From Gammaproteobacteria bacterium (GTDB lineage: Bacteria; Pseudomonadota; Gammaproteobacteria; UBA4575), in the NCBI GenBank assembly GCA_965215055.1, contig OZ244046.1, forward strand, positions 548,233 to 612,232: DNA of 64,000 nucleotides, given 5' to 3'. Numbering within the stretch: the first letter of the stretch is position 1; each line of letters opens with the position of its first letter. Under the pieces are notes generated by a model. It did not search any database. It had not been told where the DNA came from and was given only the letters and a program-made list of their open reading frames with translations. The translations under genes and the position numbers were made by a program. Shown here one piece after another: positions 10,780 through 23,104 of the stretch.

Positions 10780-12081
10780 TTACTGACGAAATGGCGACCA
10801 TACGGGTTCACGCACGTCACCCCCGGCTAATCGAAGCCTTTGTTTAACCCTCCCATCCGCACTTACCGCAGACAAGATACCACGGCCATTTTCCACGGTT
10901 GCATAGATAATCATACTTCCATTAGGCGCATAACTTGGCCTTTCATCCAGTTTACCATTGGTAATAACTCGCATCGCATTATTGTGCATTTCCACAATCG
11001 CGATGCGAAATCCATCACCGTTGTTATGTACCAGGGCAAAAGAACGGCCATCCGGAGCAATATCCGCCGCCGCATTATAGCTGCCTTCAAAAGTAATTCG
11101 GCTTGCCTTGCCGCCTTTTACAGATATTTCATAAATCTGGGGTCTGCCGCTGCGGTCCGAAGTAAACAACAATGACTTGCCATGTGGCATCCAGCTGGGT
11201 TCCGTATCAATTGAAGGCCCATTGGTAAGACGCCGCTCTATTTGCCGTGTTACCACATTCATCAGGTAGATATCCGGATTACCGTCCTCCGAGAGGGTAA
11301 GTGCCAGGTAACGGCCATCCGGCGACCACCTTGGAGCACTATTGATACCTGTTCGTGATGGAACCTTGAAGCGAGTACCCTGAACGATGTCTTGAACATA
11401 AATTGCGGAGTTATCTTCTTCAAATGATACATACGCCAAATGTTTACCATCTGGTGACCAGGTTGGTGACATCAATTGTTTTCTAGATGAAAAAACAGTC
11501 CTCTGATTATGACCATCAGCATCTGCAACCTGCAAAACATACCTTTGATTTACCGTTCCCCTGTTGATCGTGCTGATATAGGCAATATGCGTGCTGAACG
11601 CCCCGCGAACTCCAGTAAGCTCTTCAAATACAACGTCGCTGATCTTATGACCTACTCTACGCACATCTTTACCAGTAGCAGAAATGACGTTCCCCAAGAG
11701 TCTCCGTTGCCGTATCAAGTCAAACAGTTGAAACTCTACCCGGTATTGGTCATCGCTGACCACGTTGATCTTGCCCAGCAACAGACTCTCTACGCCTTGA
11801 TCAAGCCACGCCTGATAATTTAATTGATCCGGTTCAGTAATAACCTGTTGTGGGAAACTCTGTTTTTCCAACACATCAAAAAAACCACTGCGGTGTAAAT
11901 CATCCCTGACGATGGTCTCAACTGCCTCTGGAGCGGTATACACCTCACCCGAAAACGTAACAACGGCAATAGGCAACGTGCCCTCAACGCCCTGGGTTAT
12001 TTCTATTTCCAGGATCGCCTGTGCACCTTGCTGCACAACAAGTAAAAGAACGGCAAAACCTGCTATTTTCAGCAAACGCAC
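10780..12081 (-). CDS. tolB: Tol-Pal beta-propeller protein TolB
   Basis: LEIEITQG N-domain, PD40 repeats (SPTWSPDG, APRWSPDG, EPVWSP); likely GTG start at 12081 just after the tolA stop. Confidence 0.95.
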   Translation of the reverse strand: MRLLKIAGFAVLLLVVQQGAQAILEIEITQGVEGTLPIAVVTFSGEVYTAPEAVETIVRDDLHRSGFFDVLEKQSFPQQVITEPDQLNYQAWLDQGVESLLLGKINVVSDDQYRVEFQLFDLIRQRRLLGNVISATGKDVRRVGHKISDVVFEELTGVRGAFSTHIAYISTINRGTVNQRYVLQVADADGHNQRTVFSSRKQLMSPTWSPDGKHLAYVSFEEDNSAIYVQDIVQGTRFKVPSRTGINSAPRWSPDGRYLALTLSEDGNPDIYLMNVVTRQIERRLTNGPSIDTEPSWMPHGKSLLFTSDRSGRPQIYEISVKGGKASRITFEGSYNAAADIAPDGRSFALVHNNGDGFRIAIVEMHNNAMRVITNGKLDERPSYAPNGSMIIYATVENGRGILSAVSADGRVKQRLRLAGGDVREPVWSPFRQ

Positions 12082-12082
12082 G

Positions 12083-12931
12083 TCAAGTCTCCGGAGCAAA
12101 ATTAAAACGTAATTCCCGATCAAACAACTCCGGTGATGGAGGTGGCGGCAAAGGACTTGATTTCCACACTGCGTCTTCCACGGACTGACGAAAAGCCGCA
12201 TCGCCGCCTGTACATTTCTTAACGACCACATCTTCTACGTAACCATCCGGCTTTTGACGCACATAGACCTCGCACCGTGCGCGTGGTTGATTATTAAAGG
12301 GCTTGCGCCAATAATTTTGTACTTTGCTACGTATTGCATCCTGATATTGCTTGATCAATCTATTCCTCTCGCGTGCTTTCGCCATGCGTCTTTCTTTTGC
12401 CTTTAGCTCCGCTTCCTCCTGCGCAATATTTTTTTCTCGGCTTCGCTGTTCCGCGGCTTGCTCTTCTGCCAATTTTTTTTGCTCTTCACGTCTTTTCCGC
12501 TCTGCCGCCAACTTTTTCTGTTTTTCTCGCTTTTTTCGCTCTGCTGCCAGCTTCTCTTGTTCCTTTCGTTTCTTCCGTTGCAGTTCCGCTTGTGCTTCTT
12601 GAGCTTTTTTTCTTTCTGCAGCCTGTTTCGCTGCAAGTTCCTTTTTCTGCTTTTCCCGCCGCAGCTTTTCTCGTTTAAGCCGCTCTTGTTCGGCGAGTCG
12701 TCTTTTACGCTCCAGCTCCTTACGCTTTACCTCTTCCTCTCTACGCCTTTTTTCTGCAGCAAGTCTTTCAGCATCAATGACCTTGGCCTTTACAATATCA
12801 ACAGCCGGTGAAATCTCAGACACACGTTCGCGTTTTATTTGAAAACTGACAACGAAAAGTAAAGCAGCAACCACGTGAACGACTATTGCAACTGTCACCG
12901 ATACCGGTAAACGCCGCTTGGGATTTGCCAT
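12083..12931 (-). CDS. tolA: Cell envelope integrity protein TolA
   Basis: N-terminal TM with VHV, Lys/Glu/Ala-rich helical repeat region, C-terminal TonB/TolA domain; position in operon. Confidence 0.9.
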   Translation of the reverse strand: MANPKRRLPVSVTVAIVVHVVAALLFVVSFQIKRERVSEISPAVDIVKAKVIDAERLAAEKRRREEEVKRKELERKRRLAEQERLKREKLRREKQKKELAAKQAAERKKAQEAQAELQRKKRKEQEKLAAERKKREKQKKLAAERKRREEQKKLAEEQAAEQRSREKNIAQEEAELKAKERRMAKARERNRLIKQYQDAIRSKVQNYWRKPFNNQPRARCEVYVRQKPDGYVEDVVVKKCTGGDAAFRQSVEDAVWKSSPLPPPPSPELFDRELRFNFAPET

Positions 12932-12937
12932 GCTTAA

Positions 12938-13384
12938 CTAGTTTTCAGATTCTTTTACGGCCGGGTGTGTAATCAACCCTACATTCTCAGCACCTGCCTC
13001 CTGCAGCATAACCATTACTGCAACGACTCGACCATAATCGACGCTCTTATCCCCGCGTACGTAGATCGGGCTACTTCGTTCGTTAGATAAAATTTCCCTG
13101 ATTTGGTTTCTAAATACTTTATCCATAATGGGCTTTTCAGGTGAATCCACCTTATTCACAAAAATCTGCCCTGCCTGATCAACAGACACTATCAAGGGCT
13201 CTTGGTTCTCATCTGTTTTTTCAAGTGATTTTGCAGGTGCATCAGGTAATTCAACTTCTACACCCTGGTGGAATAAAGGCGTGGTTATTACAAATATCAC
13301 GAGTAAAACCAAGGTGACATCAACATAAGGGACGACGTTGATCTCGGATATACGTTTACGTTGACGAGTTCCAGTATATATCAC
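12938..13384 (-). CDS. tolR: TolR
   Basis: SEINVVPYVDVTLVLLVIF, RGDKSVDYG. Confidence 0.95.
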   Translation of the reverse strand: MIYTGTRQRKRISEINVVPYVDVTLVLLVIFVITTPLFHQGVEVELPDAPAKSLEKTDENQEPLIVSVDQAGQIFVNKVDSPEKPIMDKVFRNQIREILSNERSSPIYVRGDKSVDYGRVVAVMVMLQEAGAENVGLITHPAVKESEN

Positions 13385-13388
13385 GACC

Positions 13389-14087
13389 TTATGCGGTTTC
13401 CTGCCTTTCCATGTCCCTGGTTAATATCTGCCTTTGTAGTAAGGCAGTAAATTCTTCTACAAAATTGTCAAACCGTATTACAAGTCGTTCTACGTCGTTT
13501 GAGTATCGATTGTATGCGATAACGGCAGGAATCGCTGCAAATAATCCCATGGCCGTGGCAATAAGAGCTTCGGCAATCCCTGGCGCAACCGCGGAAAGCG
13601 TAGCCTGCTGCACGCTACCCAAAGCGCGAAAAGAATTCATGATACCCCATACCGTTCCAAACAAACCAATATAAGGGGCCGTTGAACCTACCGTTGCAAG
13701 AAAAGAGAGATAATGCTCCAGCGTTTCCACCTCGCGTGACATGGCTACTTTCATAGAGCGTAGCGCGGTATCCGCGATGGTAGCTGGTGCAATTTTGTGT
13801 CGTTTATGCAGACGCATGTATTCTTTAAATCCTGCCAAGAAGATACTTTCCATACCTGTGGGATATTTTTTCAATCTTGTCTTTTCATACAGATGTGCCA
13901 GGTTCGTTCCCGACCAAAACTCATCTTCAAACTTATCTGCCGCGTAACGTGCGTCCTTAATAATTTTCCATTTGCTCACGATCATGGTCCAGGAAATTAT
14001 GGAAGCCAGCAACAGCAAGAGCATCACCAGCTGCACCAGCAAACTTGCATGAATGATCAGGCCTAAAATACTGGTATCAACATGCAC
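13389..14087 (-). CDS. tolQ: TolQ
   Basis: LATVGSTAPYIGLFGTVWGIM, APGIAEALIATAMGLFAAIPA. Confidence 0.96.
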   Translation of the reverse strand: MHVDTSILGLIIHASLLVQLVMLLLLLASIISWTMIVSKWKIIKDARYAADKFEDEFWSGTNLAHLYEKTRLKKYPTGMESIFLAGFKEYMRLHKRHKIAPATIADTALRSMKVAMSREVETLEHYLSFLATVGSTAPYIGLFGTVWGIMNSFRALGSVQQATLSAVAPGIAEALIATAMGLFAAIPAVIAYNRYSNDVERLVIRFDNFVEEFTALLQRQILTRDMERQETA

Positions 14088-14490
14088 TCTTTATTTCCTT
14101 GAACAAATCCTCTGGAATAGACTGAGGTGAGAAATTATTTGCATGCAGGCAGGCAACGTTAACTTTTCCTACCGTAAGCACACTCTCACTTCCACCTTGT
14201 TTTACGACGGCTTGTTTGAACGAAATACTGGCTGGCTTTAAACCAAAAGGCTCAACAGTTATATGTAGTAAGTCATTAAATCTGGCGGGCTGTTTATACT
14301 CTATCTCTATAGACCGCACGGCAAACAAGATCTTCTCGTGCTGTATCAAATCATCCTGTTCAACTCCCAGGGAGCGCAGCCATTCCGTACGCGCACGTTC
14401 CATAAATTTCAGGTAATTTGCGTAGTACACCACGCCCCCTGCATCAGTATCCTCGTAGTATACGCGCGCGCGCAAAAAGTAAGGCTTCAT
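14077..14490 (-). CDS. ybgC: Tol-pal-associated acyl-CoA thioesterase
   Basis: RVYYEDTDAGGVVYYANYLKFMERARTE. Confidence 0.95.
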   Translation of the reverse strand: MKPYFLRARVYYEDTDAGGVVYYANYLKFMERARTEWLRSLGVEQDDLIQHEKILFAVRSIEIEYKQPARFNDLLHITVEPFGLKPASISFKQAVVKQGGSESVLTVGKVNVACLHANNFSPQSIPEDLFKEIKSAC

Positions 14491-14533
14491 TTAAAGATTT
14501 TTGAACTTGTACCTAAATATAACGTTAACCGGA

Positions 14534-15610
14534 TCATTGCGTAGTTTTCGAGAATAAATCAGAAGTTGGCTCAGTTTCTTGCAGTTGGTCCACGTTACGT
14601 GGAGGGACTTTGATTCCAAAATGACGATAGGCGTTACCCGTTGCTACCCTGCCGCGCGAGGTGCGCATCATGAACCCCGTTAGAATGAGATATGGTTCAA
14701 TTACATCCTCAATGGTGTCACGTTCCTCTCCGATAGTCGCTGCGAGACTATCTACTCCCACCGGACCACCTTCAAATTTCTCGATTATAGCAAGCAGCAA
14801 ACGCTGGTCCATGCTATCAAACCCATGTCCATCAACACCCAGCATGTCTAACGCTGAATTCGCACTATCGCTGGTAATCACGCCATCGGATTTAACTTGC
14901 ACGTAATCACGCACACGTCTCAATAGACGATTTGCAACCCTGGGGGTGCCTCGCGAACGCCGTGCAATCTGCTCGGCCCCCTTTTTATCAATGCGTACCT
15001 TGAGTATCTTTGCAGAACGGTGAACGATTGCTGCCAATTCCACAGCAGTATAAAACTCGAGTCGCTGTACGATTCCAAAGCGATCACGCAAGGGTGAAGT
15101 GAGTAAACCAGCGCGCGTCGTTGCCCCTATCAGAGTAAATGGCGGTAAATCCAACTTGATCGACCTCGCAGCAGGCCCTTCGCCAATTATGATATCAAGT
15201 TGAAAGTCCTCCATAACCGGGTATAACACCTCTTCCACAACGGGACTTAATCGGTGAATTTCATCAACAAACAATACGTCATTAGGTTCAAGGTTGGTAA
15301 GAATTGCAGCCAAGTCTCCAGGGCGTTCTAAAACAGGTCCCGAAGTGTGCCGCAAATTGACCTGCATCTCGTTGGCCACGATGTGGGAAAGCGTAGTTTT
15401 ACCCAACCCAGGTGGGCCGAATATCAATACGTGGTCCAGTGCCTCCTTGCGCTGTTTTGCTGCAGATATAAAAATATCTATCTGCTCGCGAACCTTCGTT
15501 TGCCCAATGTACTCACTGAGTCTATGCGGACGGATTGCATTCTCAGCAATACGTTCATCCTTCCTGGCATGCGTATCAACGATACGGGAAGTTTTGGGAT
15601 TGGACATCAA
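14534..15610 (-). CDS. ruvB: Holliday junction branch migration helicase RuvB
   Basis: [38 protein letters not shown]. Confidence 0.98.
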   Translation of the reverse strand: MMSNPKTSRIVDTHARKDERIAENAIRPHRLSEYIGQTKVREQIDIFISAAKQRKEALDHVLIFGPPGLGKTTLSHIVANEMQVNLRHTSGPVLERPGDLAAILTNLEPNDVLFVDEIHRLSPVVEEVLYPVMEDFQLDIIIGEGPAARSIKLDLPPFTLIGATTRAGLLTSPLRDRFGIVQRLEFYTAVELAAIVHRSAKILKVRIDKKGAEQIARRSRGTPRVANRLLRRVRDYVQVKSDGVITSDSANSALDMLGVDGHGFDSMDQRLLLAIIEKFEGGPVGVDSLAATIGEERDTIEDVIEPYLILTGFMMRTSRGRVATGNAYRHFGIKVPPRNVDQLQETEPTSDLFSKTTQ

Positions 15611-15676
15611 GTAATTTTATCAAAGGTTCCAGGATAGAAAGTACATAATCACACTTGGCATTGAGTAATTTTTTTA

Positions 15677-16267
15677 TCACTTGGACAGGCTGGATTTTAA
15701 CGCCAAGCGAATAATAGTTTCGCTGTTTTGATCCCGTGTTTCGACTTTGCTTACCATGCGACTTGCATCACTTGGCTTGTAGCCTAATGAAATGAGCGCC
15801 GTCACGGCATCTTCAATGGGATTTTGACGATGGCCCTTGTCTTCACCACTATCCGGTGCATTAACCCCATCCAGGCGGTCACGCATGTCAATAACGAGTC
15901 GCTCAGCAGTTTTCCGACCTATACCCGGAAGTCGAATCAATGAATCCACGTCCCCATTATGTATGCAATTTGCAAACGTGCTTGCATCCATCCCGGAAAG
16001 AATTGCCAACGCCATCCTGGCACCTATACCGTTTACCCTTAATAAGTCTCGAAACAGACTACGATCCTGAATACGCTTGAACGCATATAAAGTATGTGCG
16101 TCATCGCGTACCAGTAAATGTGTATACAACGCAACATTTTGCCCACAGTCCGGCAATTCATAAAACGTAGACATTGGTGCTTCTATTTCATATCCCACGC
16201 CTTTTACGTCAAGCAAAAGATGCGGTGGACGTTTTTCTATGATCTCCCCCTGTAAGCGCCCAATCAT
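15677..16267 (-). CDS. ruvA: Holliday junction branch migration protein RuvA
   Basis: MIGRLQG, GVGYEI, HhH motifs VNGIGAR and LPGIGRKTAER. Confidence 0.97.
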   Translation of the reverse strand: MIGRLQGEIIEKRPPHLLLDVKGVGYEIEAPMSTFYELPDCGQNVALYTHLLVRDDAHTLYAFKRIQDRSLFRDLLRVNGIGARMALAILSGMDASTFANCIHNGDVDSLIRLPGIGRKTAERLVIDMRDRLDGVNAPDSGEDKGHRQNPIEDAVTALISLGYKPSDASRMVSKVETRDQNSETIIRLALKSSLSK

Positions 16268-16289
16268 ACGTAGCTCCGAATACAGGAAG

Positions 16290-16799
16290 TTACCTGTTAC
16301 TCACTGGTAAAGACGAATGGGCGTGGCACAAAGATACGGCCAGGGCATCCGCCTCATCCGCTTGTAACTCCCCGCGCAACGCCAGCAAACGCAACACCAT
16401 GTGCTGAACTTGTCCTTTATTTGCCGCACCATTGCCTACTACAGCCTGCTTGATGGAACGCACACTGTATTCACTGATAGGTATATCAAATTGCACTGCC
16501 GCACTGAGGGCAGCACCACGCGCATGACCAAGTTTAAGCGTAGACGAAGCATTACGCGAAACAAATACCTCCTCTACCGCTATTTCATCAGGCTGATACA
16601 GGCCAATAGCCTCCGTCAATTTACGGAAAATCAAGCCTAGTCGCTGAGGCATTCCTGCATCGCCGGACTTGCGACCGGCACAAACGTTGCCACTGTGGAT
16701 ATAGCGACTGCTCCTTCCATCACTTTCGATGACACCAAAGCCCGTAACCTGCAAACCAGGGTCAATACCAAAAATCCGGATAGCGTTACTTCGACTCAT
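16290..16799 (-). CDS. ruvC: Crossover junction endodeoxyribonuclease RuvC
   Basis: GIDPG, AVEEVF, LGHARG, DEADALAV. Confidence 0.96.
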   Translation of the reverse strand: MSRSNAIRIFGIDPGLQVTGFGVIESDGRSSRYIHSGNVCAGRKSGDAGMPQRLGLIFRKLTEAIGLYQPDEIAVEEVFVSRNASSTLKLGHARGAALSAAVQFDIPISEYSVRSIKQAVVGNGAANKGQVQHMVLRLLALRGELQADEADALAVSLCHAHSSLPVSNR

Positions 16800-16825
16800 T
16801 CGCTGTCACACTCGTACCCAGATAT

Positions 16826-17572
16826 TCAGGCTACCGCCTCAAACACCACGTCAGGTATATCCGCATTAGAATAAACGTCCTGTACGTCATCAAGATCATC
16901 CAGTGCCTCCAGCAATCGCAACATCGTTTCACCGTCTTTACTCGACAATGGGACGGTAGTATTGGCGCGCATGGTAACCTCAGCCTGTTCAGGTGATAAC
17001 CCGGACGTCTCCAGCGCCTGCTTGACTGCCAGAAATACATCCGCTGATGTAACAACATCGAGACTGCCATCCTCATCAGCGATCACATCTTCGGCACCAA
17101 ACTCCAGCGCAACTTCCATCACCTCGTCTTCATCCGCGCCAGGCGTAAACCGGATGACACCCTTGTGTGAAAATAAATAAGCGACCGAACCTGAAGTACC
17201 CAGGTTTCCATTGCACTTGGTAAACACGTGGCGAATTTCGGCAACCGTGCGATTACGATTGTCCGTCATACAATCTACTAATATAGCTGCGCCGCCCGGG
17301 CCATAACCTTCGTAGCGAACCTCTTCATAGTTGTCGCCATCGAGTTCACCCGCACCGCGCTTGGTGGCACGTTCGACGGTTCCCTTCGGCATATTGGCGG
17401 ACAGCGCCTTATCCACCGCCAAGCGTAAACGGGCGTTGGCGTTCAGGTCTGAACCTCCAATGCGTGCGGCAACCGTTATTTCCCGGATCAGCCTGGTAAA
17501 CAACTTTCCGCGCTTGGCATCCTGTGCCTTCTTGCGGTGTTGAATATTGGCCCACTTGCTATGACCGGCCAC
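16826..17572 (-). CDS. yebC: YebC/PmpR family protein
   Basis: [31 protein letters not shown]. Confidence 0.96.
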   Translation of the reverse strand: MAGHSKWANIQHRKKAQDAKRGKLFTRLIREITVAARIGGSDLNANARLRLAVDKALSANMPKGTVERATKRGAGELDGDNYEEVRYEGYGPGGAAILVDCMTDNRNRTVAEIRHVFTKCNGNLGTSGSVAYLFSHKGVIRFTPGADEDEVMEVALEFGAEDVIADEDGSLDVVTSADVFLAVKQALETSGLSPEQAEVTMRANTTVPLSSKDGETMLRLLEALDDLDDVQDVYSNADIPDVVFEAVA

Positions 17573-17620
17573 TGGATCCCCTCTATCAGATCAACGGAGT
17601 CATTATAACACTCCCTCAGT

Positions 17621-18244
17621 TCAAGTGACATTACCAGTACACAGAAACTCATCTACAGAAGCTGCAACGGACTTGGCAAACAGCATACCGGTATGGCTGT
17701 ATGGCACCTGCACGTGTAAAGTGCAGTGAGCTGTTTCCGTTTCAGAAACGGCAACCGTGCCGTCATTAGGCTTATCAAGCGGCGCGCCAAGTATCCTTCC
17801 TATACCTCTACTTTGCGTACCGGCAAATACGGCTAATGGCCGCTTACCCTTCCATCGTGGAGCACCTCCAAGCAAAGACTCGGAACCTTTTCCCAATATG
17901 CTGTTTTTCATAAAGTTATTTCTGGCAATATGCCATGCAAAACCACTTTCTCTCAATGGCGTCCCCAGCATCACGACCCTGCCAGGTTTGACCTTGTCAA
18001 ATAGCTGGAAGTAATGTAGCAGAATAATCCCGCCAAAACTGTGAGCAACAAAATGGACGATATCGGCATCAAGTTCATCGACAAATCGTGCCAGTAGCCG
18101 CGCATTTGAGCCAGGTGCTCGGCGCAGGCTTTGATAAGAAAACAGCCTACATTCATGTCCGTGAGTACCGAGGTAACGGGAAATAGGCAGCATCACCCAG
18201 CCTTTCATCCAGATACCATGTATACAAACAACTATCTCACGCAT
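17621..18244 (-). CDS. Small alpha/beta hydrolase (esterase/lipase-like)
   Basis: HGIWM oxyanion loop, AHSFGG nucleophile elbow, NDGTV Asp, SHTGML His. Confidence 0.8.
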   Translation of the reverse strand: MREIVVCIHGIWMKGWVMLPISRYLGTHGHECRLFSYQSLRRAPGSNARLLARFVDELDADIVHFVAHSFGGIILLHYFQLFDKVKPGRVVMLGTPLRESGFAWHIARNNFMKNSILGKGSESLLGGAPRWKGKRPLAVFAGTQSRGIGRILGAPLDKPNDGTVAVSETETAHCTLHVQVPYSHTGMLFAKSVAASVDEFLCTGNVT

Positions 18245-18261
18245 GGAGACTGCTTAATGGA

Positions 18262-18690
18262 CTACTCCTCCACCCAATGCAGGACGGCGGCCCGATTTGT
18301 GTAAGAAGATGCCAAATCGGCTGCCTGTGCACGGGGCAACCATATGAACTCCTCGTGTTCCTTCGTATCAAGCTGAATATCGACTTTTTCAGGCAGTTTT
18401 AGCCGAAATACGTGTTCCTCATTTTGAGTAACACCAGGCGCGTAGCGTTCACGCCAAATAGGGTAAATTTCAAACACTTGTGAATAATGGCAATCACGTA
18501 CGCCCTTATTCACCAAACCAGTCTCCTCCCGCAATTCACGAATGGCAGCGTCCAAAGGTTTTTCCCCCCACTCCAGGCTTCCCGTAACCGATTGCCAGAA
18601 ATTATCAGGATATTTACGCCGTAACATCAAGACTTCGCCATCTTGCGTATACACAATTACCAATACTGATTCGGGGCGCTTATAATCCAT
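18262..18690 (-). CDS. nudB: Dihydroneopterin triphosphate diphosphatase
   Basis: YKRPESVLV, FWQSVTGS, Nudix box AIRELREETG, RYAPGVT; ATG 18690; aspS-nudB-yebC synteny. Confidence 0.93.
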   Translation of the reverse strand: MDYKRPESVLVIVYTQDGEVLMLRRKYPDNFWQSVTGSLEWGEKPLDAAIRELREETGLVNKGVRDCHYSQVFEIYPIWRERYAPGVTQNEEHVFRLKLPEKVDIQLDTKEHEEFIWLPRAQAADLASSYTNRAAVLHWVEE

Positions 18691-18764
18691 CAATGCCTGC
18701 GGATAATAAAAACTGGAGCCATTTCTTATAAAGTCAGTATTTTTTAGTGAACTTCCCCTGCTTA

Positions 18765-20540
18765 TCAAATCGTTCGCTCTCTACGCAATCGAAGGTGCAG
18801 CTCCTGCAACTGGCGTTCATTCACAGGGGCAGGCGCATCCGTTAACAAACAGGCTGCATTTTGAGTCTTCGGGAAAGGAATCACGTCACGAATGGAGTTA
18901 CTACCCGTTAACAACATCACCAGCCGATCCAGCCCAAATGCAATCCCTCCATGCGGAGGTGCACCATAACGTAAAGCATTCAATAAAAATCCAAACTTTT
19001 CCTGCACCTCCCGTGCATCGATCTGCAATACTTCAAAGACCGCAGCTTGCATGTCGCGTTGATGAATACGCACTGACCCACCTCCTACTTCCACTCCATT
19101 TAACACCACGTCATACGCCTGTGAAGACACGGTACCTGGGTCGTCGATAAGGGTTTCAGGCTCTTCGCAGGCTGGAGCAGTAAATGGATGATGCAATGCA
19201 GACCAGCGACCCGCATCCCGGTCCCACTCAAACATTGGAAACCCTACTACCCAAAGTGGACGCCAGCCAGGCGCAACAATATTCAAATCAAAACCTAACT
19301 TGACCCGTAGTGCACCAAGAGAGGCATTGACGATTTCTTTTTTATCTGCACCAAAGAAAAGTAAATCACCATTTACGGCGTTTGACTCAGTGATGATCCA
19401 TCTAACAACGTCCTCTGACAAAAATTTCACAATCGGTGATTGCAGTCCGGAAGGGATATTTGTAACGTCACTGCATTTAATATATGCCAGACCCTTGGCA
19501 CCATACTGGCCTACAAAATCAGTGTAATCCTGGATATCTTTGCGAGTAAGCGACTCACCTTGTGGGACCTTCAACATTGCAACGCGACTTGCCTCATCGT
19601 TTGCCGCCTTGCTGAAGACTGCAAACTCAACGCTTTTCATCATCTCCGTAGCGTCGATCAATTCAAGCGGAATGCGCAAGTCGGGTTTATCACTGCCGAA
19701 GCGATGCATCGCTTCTTCATAGTCGATCCTTGGGAAGGGCCTCTCCAACTCCTCACCACAAACCTGTTTAAATAAATCATGCAGCATGTCTTCGACCACC
19801 GACATGATTGCATCCTGCTTCATAAACGAGGTTTCTATATCCAACTGGGTGAATTCCGGTTGACGGTCGGCACGCAAATCTTCATCCCGGAAACAGCGGG
19901 CAATCTGGTAATAGCGATCAAACCCACCCATCATCAGTAACTGTTTGAATAACTGGGGAGATTGTGGCAGCGCAAAAAAGGAGCCGGGTTGCGTGCGACT
20001 GGGCACCAGGTAATCGCGTGCACCTTCCGGTGTTGCCCGGGTTAAAATCGGAGTTTCAACTTCAAAAAAACCGTGGTTATCCAGAAAATTGCGTAACACG
20101 CGGGTAATATCAGCTTTGGCTCGAATACGTTCCTGCATAACAGGGCGGCGCAAATCCATGTACCGATAGCGAAGTCGGTTTTCTTCATGTACGTCTTCGT
20201 CGTCCAACTGAAACGGAGGAGTATCCGATTCGTTCAGCACCTCCAATGACCTTGCAAGCAGCTCAACCTGGCCCGTCGGCAAATCCGGGTTTACATTTTC
20301 ATCAGGACGTACGCGAACGTAACCTGTAACACGTAATACGTATTCACTACGGATGTGTTCGGCAACTTCAAATATTTCCGGTGTATCCGGATTAAACACT
20401 ACCTGGACAATTCCCTCCCGGTCACGCAAATCGATAAAAATCACTCCGCCGTGGTCACGTCTGCGGTTTACCCATCCACATACGGAGACTTCCTGATTAA
20501 TCAGTTTTTCCGTCACCTGGCCGCAATAATGAGTTCGCAT
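18765..20540 (-). CDS. aspS: Aspartate--tRNA ligase
   Basis: [54 protein letters not shown]. Confidence 0.98.
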   Translation of the reverse strand: MRTHYCGQVTEKLINQEVSVCGWVNRRRDHGGVIFIDLRDREGIVQVVFNPDTPEIFEVAEHIRSEYVLRVTGYVRVRPDENVNPDLPTGQVELLARSLEVLNESDTPPFQLDDEDVHEENRLRYRYMDLRRPVMQERIRAKADITRVLRNFLDNHGFFEVETPILTRATPEGARDYLVPSRTQPGSFFALPQSPQLFKQLLMMGGFDRYYQIARCFRDEDLRADRQPEFTQLDIETSFMKQDAIMSVVEDMLHDLFKQVCGEELERPFPRIDYEEAMHRFGSDKPDLRIPLELIDATEMMKSVEFAVFSKAANDEASRVAMLKVPQGESLTRKDIQDYTDFVGQYGAKGLAYIKCSDVTNIPSGLQSPIVKFLSEDVVRWIITESNAVNGDLLFFGADKKEIVNASLGALRVKLGFDLNIVAPGWRPLWVVGFPMFEWDRDAGRWSALHHPFTAPACEEPETLIDDPGTVSSQAYDVVLNGVEVGGGSVRIHQRDMQAAVFEVLQIDAREVQEKFGFLLNALRYGAPPHGGIAFGLDRLVMLLTGSNSIRDVIPFPKTQNAACLLTDAPAPVNERQLQELHLRLRRERTI

Positions 20541-20659
20541 GGTAACCTTAAAAAAATATATGAGACGTACAAAAATACATATACTTGCAGGTGACGCTTG
20601 GTATGCCCTGCCCTGCTTGCTTGCAATAAAATGCCTTGGCCAATATGCGAAAAAACAAA

Positions 20660-21013
20660 CTATTTTTCTTTAGCCGATGACACGGAAGGCTTGCTACTTT
20701 TACTGGAACTTGATACTGGATTTTTTCCTTCAGGCGCAGGTTTTCCGCTGCCGTTTTTCACGTCCGATTTTTTGCTGTCTTTTGGTTCGCTCTTTTCTTG
20801 TGAGTCACCAGTAACCAGGTTACGCTTGTTATCCGACTTGAAATCGGTTTCATACCATCCTGAACCACTCAGTCTGAATCTCACCGCTGAAACAAGTCTT
20901 TTCAGTGCTGGCGTTGCACACTTGGGACAATCCGTCAGCAATGGATCGTTAATCTTTTGCAGGGCCTCGTGCCGAAATCCACAGGCCCCACACTCATATT
21001 CATATATAGGCAT
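20660..21013 (-). CDS. FmdB-family zinc-ribbon protein
   Basis: [12 protein letters not shown]...CPKC...[14 protein letters not shown] with low-complexity tail. Confidence 0.9.
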   Translation of the reverse strand: MPIYEYECGACGFRHEALQKINDPLLTDCPKCATPALKRLVSAVRFRLSGSGWYETDFKSDNKRNLVTGDSQEKSEPKDSKKSDVKNGSGKPAPEGKNPVSSSSKSSKPSVSSAKEK

Positions 21014-21016
21014 CGT

Positions 21017-21301
21017 TTACAAAATTTGAAAATCTGAAAAGTAGCACTCCGATATGGACTCACACTCCACGTGAGTAACACGAGCGGCACTTGAGCCTTG
21101 CCACAGCCACTCTTTCAATCGGTCCAGAGAAGCCAGCTCACCACAAGCAACCACCTCTACACGACCATCCTGCAGGTTTTTAGCATATCCTGTAACATCA
21201 AGTTGCCGCGCCTGCTTTTGCGTAGCAACTCTAAAAAACACGCCTTGCACCTTGCCTTGAATAATACAACGCATACACAGCCGAACAAAGTCGTTACTCA
21301 T
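21017..21301 (-). CDS. acyP: Acylphosphatase
   Basis: GKVQGVFFR, GYAKNLQDGRVEV. Confidence 0.92.
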   Translation of the reverse strand: MSNDFVRLCMRCIIQGKVQGVFFRVATQKQARQLDVTGYAKNLQDGRVEVVACGELASLDRLKEWLWQGSSAARVTHVECESISECYFSDFQIL

Positions 21302-21407
21302 ACGAACGGGTACTTTATTACCAAACCATCTTTTCTGCCAAATAATTTATGATGAAATATAATGCCGCATCAACACAACTTGTAAACAAGGCGGAGAAAA
21401 GGTCGTA

Positions 21408-22344
<937 letters not shown>

Positions 22345-22357
22345 CCTTGGCAAGCGT

Positions 22358-23077
22358 TCAGGCACTATCCAAAACCAATTTAACAAAAGGAACGGTAACC
22401 TTTCTTTGTTGCGCCAGTGACTGCTCATCAAGTTGATCAAGTACCTTCACCAGCTTTTTCAACTCACGTGGGTAATGCCTGATCAAATAGTTGCAGACCT
22501 CAAGAGGTACGTCAATGCCGCGAACGTTGGCATACAACTGCATCGCGGTTTTTTTCTGCTCATCGGTAAGCGGGTTCAATCTATACACGGAACCCCACAC
22601 CAGTCGAGACGCCAAGTCCGGTAAAGAAACATGGATAGCTTTCGGGTTGACTCTCGCAGTCATTACCAGGCTCTTGTTTTTTTCGCGAAACTCATTGATA
22701 AACCGGAACAGTGCCTGGTCCCACCTTTTGTCTCCCAACACCTTGTCCACGTCATCAATACACACTACGTCAAGCCGACTGATATCCTGCAGGATATGAA
22801 AATCGAGTGTCGGGATTTCATCGCAAGGAATATAGATGGCGTGTTGATCCGTTTCGGCAAGTTGATTGCAGGTTGCCTGCAAAAGATGTGATTTACCCGT
22901 CTGGGCAGTTCCCCAGATAAAATATTGACGCGGCTCACGGCAAGGTTTTGCCAAACTCTTCAGCACGGTCAACAACTCGTTATCTTCGGGATGAATGAAA
23001 GTCTCGAAAGTCGCAAAAGGTCGCAGCGCTATATCGAGCGAATACTGTACGGAAGGCCGTATATGGGAAGCTGTCAT
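22358..23077 (-). CDS. hda: DnaA regulatory inactivator Hda
   Basis: Clamp-binding-like QYSLDI, GKSHLLQA, VCIDDV, LPDLASRLVWG, QRKVTVPFVK. Confidence 0.92.
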   Translation of the reverse strand: MTASHIRPSVQYSLDIALRPFATFETFIHPEDNELLTVLKSLAKPCREPRQYFIWGTAQTGKSHLLQATCNQLAETDQHAIYIPCDEIPTLDFHILQDISRLDVVCIDDVDKVLGDKRWDQALFRFINEFREKNKSLVMTARVNPKAIHVSLPDLASRLVWGSVYRLNPLTDEQKKTAMQLYANVRGIDVPLEVCNYLIRHYPRELKKLVKVLDQLDEQSLAQQRKVTVPFVKLVLDSA

Positions 23078-23104
23078 GTAACGTTTATCAAGAAGTGCAG
23101 GCTG

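Noticed and set aside
12400-12770. Repetitive purine/pyrimidine-skewed DNA with several overlapping ORFs
   Set aside because: Ordinary TolA Lys/Glu/Ala helical repeats; the overlapping ORFs are shadows
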